A stretch of 64,000 bases of DNA. It comes from Lytechinus pictus. Taxonomy: Eukaryota. The stretch's first letter is position 1, and each line of letters begins with the position of its first letter. Positions 24,047-35,890 of the stretch are shown piece after piece. The stretch lies in assembly GCF_037042905.1 (NCBI RefSeq), contig NC_087245.1, forward strand, positions 29,574,001 through 29,638,000. The letters are read 5' to 3'. The position numbers were made by a program, and so were the translations under genes. The notes under the pieces are model-generated. The model saw only the letters and a list, made by a program, of their open reading frames with translations, did not search any database and was not told the origin of the DNA.

Positions 24047-25000
24047 GCTTTTCACACTGTACTTTGAGGCTGTTCTCACTACGTTCCTAAAACTAGTTTA
24101 CTGGAAACTAGTTTAGTGGAAACTAGTTTAACGCGTAGTGAGAACGGTCGAAGCGGTCTTGGAAGCGATCTTCCAAACCAGTTTGGAAAACCACCTCGCG
24201 ATGTAGTTTTCAAGATCGCTTTGCCTCGTTAAACTGGTTTTAGCGTAAGTGAGGACACAACCGTTCTTCGGGAAGCGATCTTCGCACATTTTGAGCGTGC
24301 TACTCCACATGACAGGTGTAGAATGCCTATGTGTCACCCCACTGAGAGCGTTTCCATAGCAACAAGAGCGCTTTACGTGAAGTGATTTTAAAACCACTTT
24401 CGTGTGATCAAGTGGGAACGCTAGCAAAGCGATCTTCCAAAGCGGTTTCCTGAATCGGTTTCCAGTAAACTAGTTTTAGAAAGCGTAATGAGAACGGCCT
24501 CTTTTTTTCCTTAACCCCAGGAAATTGGTGGGGCTAAGGGGGGGCCTTAGCCCCACCAATTTCCCGGGGTTAAGCCTAGCCCACTTCGTTTTCACACTAC
24601 GTTTTAGCAAAGTGGGCTAGCACGGTAAATAGTATGGTACTATCTGGCCCTGCAAAAAAGCAGGGTTAGCCGGCTTATTGTGGTGCTAGCACCACAATTG
24701 CGGTGCTAAGAGATGCAGTGTGAAACGAAACTGGGCTAAGGAAAAGTGGGGCTAAGCAATAGCCAATCAGAGAAGTCGAAATTGCACGTTTATCACGCTC
24801 TGTATGGTAAAATCATCAATATTCATGAGCTGTGGGATAATCCGGGGTTAAGACGTTAACCCTGGCCAAGCAGATAGTATGGAGTTAAGAAAGACAGTGT
24901 GAATCCAAAAAAAAGATAGTATGGGGTTAAGGATAGTCCGGGGTTAAGGATAGTCCGGGGTTAAGGATAGTATGGGGTTAAGGAAATGCAATGTGAAAAG
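24047..25000. mobile_element. Harbinger-like MITE with ggggttaag repeats, interrupted by a nested element
   Basis: Ends cttttcacactg...ttccttaacccc / ggggttaaggaaatgcaatgtgaaaag. Internal hairpin 24511-24574. 17-bp repeats gatagt(at/cc)ggggttaag. Partial copy at 50924. Confidence 0.75.
24067..24500. mobile_element. Harbinger-like MITE, young and CpG-rich
   Basis: TIR aggctgttctcactacg..ctaaaactagtttactggaaac / gtttccagtaaactagttttag..cgtaatgagaacggcct. Confidence 0.85.
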
Positions 25001-25211
25001 TTTCATAACCCCATACTTTCCTTAACCCCAGACTATCCTAACCCCATATTTTTCATTCAAACCATCTTTCTTAACCCCACACTAATTGCTTAGCCAGGTT
25101 TAAAGACCCAGACCGGACCCAAAAGTGAAATTGACAAATTATATACCAATCAAAGGCTTTAACTACTTAACACAGAAATGCAAGCTAGCCCGGAGACAAA
25201 AGTGTGGAAAT

Positions 25212-25628
25212 GGTAAATTGCCAATTCATCCACTGTCAATTCGTCCATTCACCGCATGGTCTACCTTCATTTAATCTAAAACCATTCCGTCCATCAGCAT
25301 TTCGTCTACCAACCATTTGGTCCAATGACCATTTGGTCCAATCTTCAATTCGTCTAATCACCAGTTTGTCTATGATCATTGGGAGTAACCAGTTTTGTCT
25401 CATATTCGTTTTATTTTCATTCACTTTGCCCTATCAAAACTTAGTCTTATTAGACCAAATGGTAAATGGCCTAAATGGCTATTGGACCAACTGGTTATTA
25501 GATGAAATAGTGAGTGGACAAAATGGCAATTAGACCATGTGGATATTGGACAAACTGATGGTAGATCAAATCATAGTAGACCAGTTGGCAATTGGACGAA
25601 TTGGCATTGGACCAAATGAAAATAAACA
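25212..25628 (-). mobile_element. Foldback-like MITE, reverse copy
   Basis: Perfect 8-bp TSD gtggaaat at 25204-25211 and 25629-25636. Homologous to the 5457 and 57479 copies. Confidence 0.9.
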
Positions 25629-25980
25629 GTGGAAATTATAGTAAAACATGAAGTCAATTTTCACTTAAATGAGTTTGCACTGTCATATCAAAGATACGAC
25701 AGTTCAAATGACAGCCAACGATATGTCTGAACCCGATATAATTGAATACCAAAATGTTCTTTCAAGTAATTTCAATATTATAAAATAATTAATCCTTGAA
25801 AATTAAGTTGCTCACACCACAAAAATCACTCATTAAATGTCAAAGTAAATGCCTGATAGTTGCTTCCATCAAAAACTTAAAAAATGAAACTCAAAAAAAT
25901 CGATAAAGATTATTTCTGAACAATCACTTTTATTAATAATTGTTCCATCCCACGCATCCCTCCTCCACTTTCCAAGTCTT

Positions 25981-26190
25981 CAGTGTAAAACCGACACCAG
26001 TTGGTTTCCCTTTTTCGAGGACCACACCCGCAAGGTGTAAAAATTACACCCTAAATATCAAACATTACGCCAAAATGAGAAAAAGTTACAACCAAGGGTG
26101 TTGTAATAACACCTATACATGTAGGTGTTGAACAAGCACAATGGATTTAACACCAGACTAAAATACGGTGTGGTCATCTGTAATTAATAC
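25981..26190. mobile_element. Fragment of an EnSpm-like MITE with acacc/ggtgt repeats
   Basis: Many acacc and ggtgt motifs in both orientations. Ends not resolved. Confidence 0.35.
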
Positions 26191-27513
26191 TAATTTTCAT
26201 TACATGTGTATGCGCAATACAAGATTTTAAATTTCAGCATTCGTCACAATATCTCCTCTGCATTTATGCGGCTTCAGACGCTCTGCCTCATCATCATTCA
26301 TGACGACACGGGGGAGTACATGCGCCAACGCACTCTATTAAGCTCTTTCCACTGTTGCTACTGCCAGTAAATCATCAATTCAAATATTGCAGACGGTTCT
26401 GAAAATGTGAGGGTTCATGCTATGGTGGCAAAGCCAAAGCGCTCATTATTCTTCAACCTTTTGGGGACGTATGCCAGAGGTCTTAAAATACATGTAAACC
26501 CAACTTCTTCTCATTTCCATATTGAACTCCCTTTTTGTCAGAATTTTGTCAAAAATTATTAATCAAAATAAATATGTAATAAATGAAAATCAATAACAAA
26601 TATATAAATTAAGATTATCAATCCTATATGCACAGGTCGATCAAGTTTGAAGCTGATTCTTGATATCCCTCACATGGTTCTGAAACTATCACAAGAAAAA
26701 ACGGGACACATAAAATGAACAGACGGCTTTCAATATGGCATAACACAAAGCAAAATCCTAAAACAAAATCAAACACATTGACTGAAATATACACTGTACA
26801 TGCATCATTTGTGTTTAGCTTTCTACTCTTCCTGTATCTTTTATTCAATAGAATGACCTTGTTTGCTGCAACATTTATTTTTTAATAACTACTTTTAATA
26901 TTCACATGCAATAAGGAATTTGTAAGTACTGATTGTTTAATAATTGTTTGCTTTCTACTTTTCTAGCTTTGTTTAATTTGTTTTAGACAACTGTAACAGA
27001 TTCAGAACAGAAACATCTATATCACTTTTGATATGTAGGTCACCTTTTCAACTTATTATTTCCAATAACAGATACTGAGATCTGAATAAACTTACAGAAT
27101 CTAGTAAAATTCACAAATGAAAGCAATTTTAAGAAAATACATGAAATTAAACTTAATTTGGAGACATACATACATGTATATATATATATATTAAACCAAA
27201 ACATCAACTTCTTGCAATTCAAACTTGATATATTTTCTATGCAGCACATGTATTTTGTAAATAGCATAATGATGAATGAAATTGAAGGAATGGTGTCTGA
27301 AACTGTAGACTCATGAGCTACGTGCTCATATTGGCAAGATCAAGGTCTTCATGATAAACTTTGCTCTCTACATGGCCAATGTACAAATTCACAGTAGTAG
27401 AATTGAATTCCACTGCATTGACATGAATGACAACATTACAGTATGCCACCCGCTTTCTCCTTCCACAAAATCAAGGCTTAGGCCTTCATTTCAACTCGCC
27501 TTTTATCATCACT

Positions 27514-27995
27514 AGGTGGTTTCAGACCGCCTCGAAGTTCGTCAGTTCCAGGTATTTTCTGATCGGGAAGTTTACCCCGATCAGAAAATACCAGGTAAAT
27601 AAATATTTGAAAGCAAATTACGCTTAATCTCCCCGAAAGAAAATACCTACAATAAAGTAGGTACTTGTCAAAATTATGAGAACTTTCGCGGGGATTTTTC
27701 CAAGGTCACAGGTATTTTGGCAGTGTGAAAGCAATTTCCGGGAACTTTTAGCCCAGCGTGTAGTTGAGCGCGGCGCCGTGGGTGGCTGATGAGCTAGTGA
27801 TTTTGAATCTCGCGCTTTGCTTGCTTATCAGACCATACTGCGCATGCTTGTCGTAACTTCAGGAACTTATTCCGAAGGGTATGTTTCGAGGTGGTGTGAA
27901 TGCAGGAATGATTAATGGGTATTTTTTGGCCTATATAAGTTCTCGTAATTTACATAACTGGGGATTCTCATGATAGAGGCGGTTTGAAACCACCT
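27514..27995. mobile_element. Harbinger-like MITE (ttcagaccg family)
   Basis: 20-bp TIR aggtggtttcagaccgcctc / gaggcggtttgaaaccacct. Internal hairpin ggtattttctgatcggg..cccgatcagaaaatacc. Confidence 0.85.
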
Positions 27996-28300
27996 TTATT
28001 GGTCTCTATGGTTTTTGTAAAGGTGTATGAGGTTTAATTAAGGACACAATTATACATGGACACAGTAAAATTAATAGCAGATCAACCATTCCAAGTTTTT
28101 ATAACATCTCTATAGCTATGATCTTTGTACTTCAAACCAACAATCTGTGTACTTTGGTAAACAAATTTTTATGATTTTAAAGTCAAATTTCCCTTTATCT
28201 CATCTGATGTAAATTACAAGCAATACTCGAATGACAGTTAAAGATAAATGCAGGTTGTGGTAATGATCTCTAAATGAGTTCAAACACAATCCAATATTAA

Positions 28301-28638
28301 CAGTGGCAGATCCAAGGGGGGGGGACACAGCCAGCCCGTGCCCCCCCCCCCCCCTTTGAGAGCCACAATCAAAATTTGTAATGTAGAAATACAGATTAAC
28401 CCAAGTATGCCCCCCCCCCTTTGAAAGTGAGAACCTTTTTTTTCTCCACAGACGAAATAACCTTAAATCTGAGGTGAAAAACTTTTTTTTTCTTTTCTTT
28501 TTTTTTTGCATGTAAAATTTTCTGCGGACGAAATGACCTTCAATTTAAGTGAAAACCTTTTTCTTTTTTTTTTGCTTGTCAAATTTTCAGCAGGAAAATG
28601 TGCCCCCCCCCCCTTTTGGAAAATCCTGAATCCCCCTG
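28301..28638. mobile_element. hAT-type MITE
   Basis: Ends cagtggcagatccaag / cctgaatccccctg. 8-bp TSD aatattaa / aaaattaa. Confidence 0.8.
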
Positions 28639-28644
28639 AAAATT

Positions 28645-28989
28645 AATGACCACCCAACTGTTTGAATGTATAAATAAAAAAAATGTTGCCAAGTGCCTCT
28701 TATAGGAAAAAATGTATAATTGCTGAGAAACGAAAAAATAAGCAATAATTCAATAAAATGTCGGGTATTTTTCCCAGCAATATCAACACACTATCGCACA
28801 TATACATTTTTGTGTAAGTAATCATCAGAATTATCGGTTTTCATAGAAGATTTCATGATTTTACAAAGACAAGTCTATTTCAATGTACCAGATCTAGATC
28901 TATGATAATATGGTGGCAAATTAACCTTGATTTTTAAAGACTTTCTCATGAAACAATTCTTCACTTCGACTACTTTCTTTTACCTTTAA
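28645..28989. mobile_element. Probable Kolobok-type fragment
   Basis: Ends in acctTTAA. The other end is degenerate. Confidence 0.3.
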
Positions 28990-29100
28990 GATCATCTAAT
29001 TGTATCATCTAATAAATACCAATCTAGCTATCATGGTATGGTATGATTACATTGTGCAACTCAACCAGCTTATTAGCCAAAGGACTTGCGTACCATCTAA

Positions 29101-29503
29101 AGGCCACCGCACATTTTATAATGGGTCTGAAACTGGATTTTGTCATAAATCGTTTTAACATTTTATGCCAAATATTGAGACATGGAATATCTTACTGTGC
29201 AAAGTTCTAAATCCTCATACTTACATGTACATGAATGTTCAAACCCGTGACTATCCTACCTTCCTGAATAGAATAGGAGTGAATTCAATATTTAATCGTA
29301 ATGACACAGCAATCGTGCGTTTCAGCTACAGTTCAAAACCAAATTGGCCCCAAATCCAAAGGCTTACAATGCACAAATTTTGATAAAAGTAATCCATAAC
29401 AGTTTTGAAACTCAAATAAAAAGATTCTATTCATTCAAAATGAGCAAAGTGCAATTTGTTGTAAAATTGGATCTTAGACCAGTTGTAAGGTGTGCTGTAG
29501 GCT
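29101..29503. mobile_element. Harbinger-like MITE, degenerate
   Basis: Imperfect TIR aggccaccgcacattttataatgggtc / gaccagttgtaaggtgtgctgtaggct with TAA/TTA flanks. Confidence 0.6.
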
Positions 29504-32149
29504 TAATTTGCAATATTACAAAAGTGTTGGGGTCATTGGATGCTTTTTCAGCCGTTAAAATTCATGTTTAGCATATTTCAGCCATTAGAGTATCTATCAT
29601 CCTCTCTCTTGGTGATGTTTTTATCTTTGTTCAAATAGCCCTTTGAGCACTTATTTCAAAAATTGAGTAATTGGATATCAGAAAGCTACTTGGTATTAAA
29701 GGTTATATCACACATTTTCAGTCCATTCTTGCTTGAGAAGAGGTTATATATTAACAAGTAAAAATATACAGATATTTACTATGATCAGGTAATTAAATAA
29801 TTAATGGAAAATTGGGAAATTTTTCCAATCAAACAAAATGTATCTTTAAGTTTAATAGAAATACCCTTATTATATCATAATATTTTAGAGCACACACATA
29901 CTGTACATACATTATCTAACAATGAATTCAAAAGTGACATGTATGCACTTTCGGGGGGGGGGGTCACAAAAACAAGGATACCCTTCTTTTTCAAAATATT
30001 TTTTTGTCAATGCCTTCATAAAAAAAACATAAAAGTCATGTTTTTCCTTTGTAAAGTTATCAATCAGAAAAGGTGTAAAGGAACATTATAGCAATTTACT
30101 ACTCCATATTCCATTTTGTTTATACGTTAGTGGAAGGTAAACGCATTGACTATTGCAGGGATGTACATGTAAAGGTAATCAATGTGAATGTAAATGTCAT
30201 TTGAAAAACTGAATACATAAATTTTTACAAAATTTGCCACAATTTTAACGATATAACATTCTAAAGCACAGAATCTGAACTTTTTTTGTAATTAAAATCA
30301 AATCCACTGCAATGCTTAAAACCACATATTTTCTAAATATCTTTATTTTTTACATAAGAACAACGCAGTATTCACTACTTAATTTTTTTTCACATGTACT
30401 CATCAAGAATATCTTGTATTCAAGATTTCCTTTCAACAACTGTTGTGGTTAATTGAAATATTTAAAAGCCTGAAAATCCCATGAATTTCCCACTTTCAAG
30501 TTTCAACAACAGTAACTGTTACAGCTAGATAAAAAAAAAGACAAAGAAACCCAGAGAGAACAGAGCCAGAAAAAACAAACACTCATTCATATTCTAGTTT
30601 CACTTTTCCTTTTCGATTCATTAAGTGCTTGATCCGTGCCTTGCTAAAACTCCACATTGACAATGCATTGATATAATGCCACCTGCATCTTTGTAAAGTA
30701 TGCTGGTTTCTGTAATAATTAAGTGTAATAATTCATATCCTTGTTTCCCTACACAAATCAGGTAGTGCTCCATGATGTACATGTACTTGTGTAAAAGCAA
30801 CTGCAGAAGTGAAGTTCCTGAACATGCATTTGGGTGCAACTCAATTACATTTATCAGTCTCAGTATTACAAAAAGAGAGACAGAATCGCAGTTAACATTT
30901 CAGTCTCCTATTCACATAATTCATTAGAAATTTAAGAAATAATCTTTGTGAAGAAGAAAATAGGTATATAATTACATAAGCCTACCAAAAATTAATGTGC
31001 CCTACATCAATATAAACCAATAAAAGATCATTTGCGAAAGTGTCACAAACTTCACCCTGGTAGCAATTTCTAAACTTTTTTTTTAGAAAATTACATGGGA
31101 CCATGGTGCCCCGAAAGTAAATTACCATCATAAACATATCAGAACGAATCAATGCAATAATTTTTAATACTGTATTTTACCAATGGGAGGTGTTTCTGCT
31201 GTAACAATATTATTCCTGAAGAGAGACAATTTGAAACCCCTTATTTTCTTTCCTTTCCCCAAAACTACATGTATCCCTCTCCTAGCAACAGTGAAATATG
31301 ATATACTGAATTTTACAACTATTGGTTTAATTTTTTTTTTTGGGGGGGGGGGCAGTCAGTGAATACATATCCACCCTATCAAGCATCAGAGGGGCAAACA
31401 CAGGAGTAATTAGTAAGACTCCGGTAATTCATCTTAATCCTACTATCATATGGAACACACCAAATATTCCCTGGGTTACTGATATTTCTTTCCCATCAAT
31501 ATAAACCGACAGATGTTTTGGGAGAGGCCCATTTCACAAGAAAGTCGGACACACCTCCTTAATATCACTCCTTTGCGGACAGAAAACTGTGAAGCTTTTG
31601 GATTCACTCCTGAAGATGCATTTAACAACTGTCCTTAGAATGACCTGCCGCCGTATCAGGAGATAATGACTTCTAGATTATTAGGTGACCTATCATAAAG
31701 CCATTAATCTGAGCAGCGAGGTGAGAGGGGTACTTCACACCTACTGTGACAGGCTATCAGGATATGAGGAGTCATCTGTAGAATGATGTGGGAGCAGCAT
31801 CCCTCTAACCCCACTTTCCTTTAAACTCCATATTTCCTAACTCCCACAAATTTTCTGGTATATACCTTAACATAAACAGAAGCTGCTCCGTTATCCTTAT
31901 GTGGTACCACAGTCAATATCATAAACAAATTACAGTGATTTATTCTATTATGTCACAATAAACTAAATTAGGGCAATTTATGCACCCCCAAGAAGTAGTG
32001 TTTACGGCCCGGCCTATCTCTACACACAGACCACACAGGCTTCGCACAGTTCGGTCAAGGCGGTACGCATATTATTAAGTGCCAAATATACGGTAATTGT
32101 GAGGAGCGCTTTTCCTATGAAAGGAATTGATATGGTTATAAAAGTTCAA

Positions 32150-32325
32150 AACCTTGCCACTTTCCATCCAGGTGTTAAATGGGTACCTGGTACGAAGCAA
32201 ATGCCTACATGTATGCCAAGCAATTGAGTCTTAAAACTCTTGTTGGAAAGCTCCCCAAGGAGTGGAGAAAGTGCATACATGCGTGAGCATGCCAGGATCG
32301 GGGTAATGACCGGGGTAATAATAAC
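32150..32325 (+). mobile_element. SINE fragment (central core)
   Basis: ccatccaggtgttaaatgggtacctgg core and ccggggtaataata. Confidence 0.55.
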
Positions 32326-33121
32326 TACATGTACATGTACATCATTTATATGCAGAAATGCAAAGTATGAAGAGCTATTGTATTAATAAACTGCTTGTCC
32401 ATGTAGAAAGTGCAGTAAAACAAAAGTGGTAAAGAACTAAAATGAAGATCTTTGTCACACCAGACAAAACTTTGATTTCATCGTGAGTGGAAAATTAATG
32501 GCCACTCAGATGTTGGAACTATGGGTGATCTGTCACTACTAAACTTCTGATTGCGCTATCCATAGTGAGTGGCGACAACGTCTGAAGGGGGTGGCAATGT
32601 CCATCACATAACACAAGCAGAAAAGCTCATCAATTCACACGATGTGAAAACATACATGTACAGTCTGGCATGATGAAATCTCTAACATTAAATAATCCCC
32701 TCCTTTGTGGTAGTCTCATGATTCATGACCGTTTCATACTTGGTAGTGCATTGAAGGATTCCTCTACATTTACATCTTATGAAGATAGCAATACAAAAGA
32801 CATGCAATTATATTTCCAGGAGAAAAAAGGAAGTTTCTAAGGAACAGAGAGAAATGGGACAAGGCCCCTGTGTACCACCCCCCCCCCCCCCCTGGAAGGG
32901 GACCTAGATATTGAAAGCTAAAATTGTGGGGAAATTTTGATCATTCTAATATCTCTGGAACATGTACATGTAACATAAAACATATTCAGGAACCCACAGC
33001 AGACCTAAAATTAAGATATTTTAATAAAGAACCTTACTTTATAGTATTTCTGAAAGTTGATATTTCCTTAATAATAATGACAATGTTATGAAGCCTCTAG
33101 AGACAAATAAAAGAAGACTGA

Positions 33122-33415
33122 TAAATAATAATAATAATATAGGATTTGTATAGCGCACGTATCCACCTTGCTATACAATGTAGGTGCTCAAGGCGCTCTT
33201 ATATTACCCCGGCGAAGCTAGTCTACCGATTCCGGTGCGCACAGCTTTTTGAGGACTTACATGTACTTCCTGCCGGTACCCAGTTACCTCACCTGGGTTG
33301 AGTGCAGCACAATGTGGGTAAATTTCTTGCTGAAGGAAAACACGCCATGGCTTGGAATCGAACCTACGTCCTTCAGATGGAAAGACGAGAGTCTTAACCA
33401 CAACGCCCCCACGAC
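33122..33415 (-). mobile_element. Full-length tRNA-derived SINE with L2-type tail
   Basis: Minus strand: A-box-like tgtggttaag, B-box ggttcgattcc, core cccaggtgaggtaactgggtacc, tail gcgctatacaaat followed by (ATT)n. Confidence 0.85.
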
Positions 33416-34519
33416 TGATCACTTAATATTCAAAAATCCTTCTATAAAATCAACTACATGTACACCTGCTCCAGATAAGCATACAGGAGAAATCAACATA
33501 AAGGTACATAAATTTAAAGGTGTACTACTGCAAGATTGTTTTTAACATTATTTGTGAATATTCAGAAAGAAACATTTGTAAATTGAACTATAGTACATGC
33601 CCAGGTGGAGGTAAGCTTATACCAATCGATGAATACAACTTGAACTCAATTTGTACTTTCTTTTATTATTAATATCACTATTTTTCACAACTGTGCTGTA
33701 GGGACAGGGGAAGCTAAATGATCAATGCATTGAAGTTTTAATTAGCTATTTAAAACTGGTGCAGTCGATATGTTTATATCCTCCTCATGTTTCATTATTC
33801 TGTAGATTGCAGATCAGCAATCATCAAAAACAAGAGAAAATCTTTATTTCATGATTATTATTTTTACTGCAGCAAAAAAAGAGGGAAAATCTCTCAAGAA
33901 TATTAACAAAAATCCTGCCCCTCCCCAGACCCTCCCCCCACCCCTCTCTCTCTCTTTCTTCTTCACTTCCTCTCTCCCTCTCTCCATTTGTCTCCAACCA
34001 TACTCGCAGCCTGCAAATCTCACAATATATTTAGGAAGAAAATATTTTATACTGAAGATGCAGCGAAGGTGAGCTCTATTTACACTTACAATATTATCGA
34101 TGCAAGGTAATTGAAATGAATAATTCATCTTCACTCTGTACTGACTGGACTTGTCATTACCACAAAGTTTGACAAACAGTGAATATTGGTAATGAGAATA
34201 GAGATTCTGTCTCTATTCTATTTATGTAGATTTTCTGCTATAATGAAAGCCATAATGTTTTCCAGGCATTTACATGTATTTGAATTTTGATCAAGAGGCA
34301 TGCATTTGAATCTACATGTAGCTCGAAAATTCAGGTCTTGAATTTGAAGAATTCTTTCCAAAAATCTTTTTTGTCTGTGGGGAAGAAAAGGCCTTTGTGA
34401 ATTCACAAGTCTCAATAAGAATTAATAACTCAAAAGGTTTGCCTATTTTCTTTTCATTTTTATATCATTTATCCAAATGAATGAATAACAAAACCTCCAT
34501 TGAAAGCAAAGATTTGTTG

Positions 34520-34980
34520 GTTCATACACACGCCCACACACACACACCGAGAGCCTTTCCATGAAAATAGCATTCTCAGGCAGGCCTTATGAAAGCCATC
34601 GGTGATAATAGAAATTCCTGCTTGGCAGCGCTCGCTCCCCATCAGCAAGTAATTGGCAGGCCTTATGGTACCGCAAGGTATGCCCCCGTTATCCCCGTCA
34701 CCCCCGTTAGCCCGTCACCCTGCAATAAAGCCAGGCAGGCAAGGCAAGGCAAGGCATTCATCTACTTCGCATTCTCTCCCCCTTCCAAAAGCCGAGAATG
34801 CCAATGATGCCTTTGCAATATTAAATATGGCAGGCATGTACTTTGTGCAGCGACTCATCTTTTGCCGGGGCCCCCGCGTGTTTGTCGGGCACTGTCTACA
34901 TCAATTTACCCGTTACACAAGAGAAGGGAGGAAAAAATGAGAGAGGAATTCCAAAGAGGGGTGTCTGAATAGAGGAGATT
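34520..34980. promoter_or_regulatory. GC/CpG-rich unique island, enhancer-like
   Basis: Repeat-free. Duplicated ggcaggccttatg, several TEAD-like (gcattc/gaatgc/aattcc) motifs and ccgt(t/c)a repeats. Confidence 0.35.
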
Positions 34981-35635
34981 GAAAATGGCTAAATAATGTA
35001 TGAGGATGCATTTTCCCTGTGCTGTTGCACATCTCAAACAAAATATGTATGTTCGGGATTGAAATCCAGAGATCTAAAGCTCAAAACGTACTGCTGTTCA
35101 TCCATTGTCTAATGCATCATCAGATATCTGCATATAAAGATACTAGTAATATCTGTGTCACAAAAATTCAAGCAATCAGTATATAAATACACTGGTGATG
35201 CATTTGAAGATTATCATCTGCATTTGAAGATTATCATCGACATTTACAAATTATACAGTGGAATATTGATTCAGAATGATAGAGTTATCTCCCTGAAGTG
35301 AAATATTCAAAGGTCGAAAGGAAACCTGGCTCCATCCACTCATTAATTTGGATATAAAGAAAGGAAAAAGAACCAAACAAAATTGGTACCTATACCTGCG
35401 TGAAAAAATACACAAAGCCCCCTAACAGCATTTGGAGTATAAAATGAAAGTCAGGAGAAAGACCACTAATACCAAATTTTCCGCCGTTATGTTGTATTAC
35501 CTTGTGGTACAGCTTGATGGGCAGTCGCTAGTTGTACCTCACATGGATCTGCATGGAAAGGAAAGAAGACCAAATAAAAAAATCACTGCACACATGTCAT
35601 AAATACACCAAAACCCACTGAAGAACATGAAAAAT

Positions 35636-35890
35636 CCTGGGGAAGGGGCACTCAGCTATAAAGTTGTATGCACGCACAACTAAAGGATTTTATACACATG
35701 ACACCCCCAGTCACATAATTAAATTGGCTAATAATAACCTATTCATATATTTTTATAATTATGTTTAATCATACATCCCCCTTAATCTGGGAATTTTATC
35801 TCACATGAGCAGCCATACCAATATGGGATAAGGGATACCTTTACGAAATTGGATGCACTCTGGCAACATACAAGTACTCCTCCCCCCGCC
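35636..35890. mobile_element. Degenerate poly-G-ended MITE
   Basis: Start cctggggaaggggcactcag resembles the terminus of the 43504 element. End aagtactcctccccc. Confidence 0.4.

Noticed and set aside
33330-33415. tRNA gene
   Set aside because: The A/B boxes run into the SINE core and tail, and there is no complete cloverleaf.
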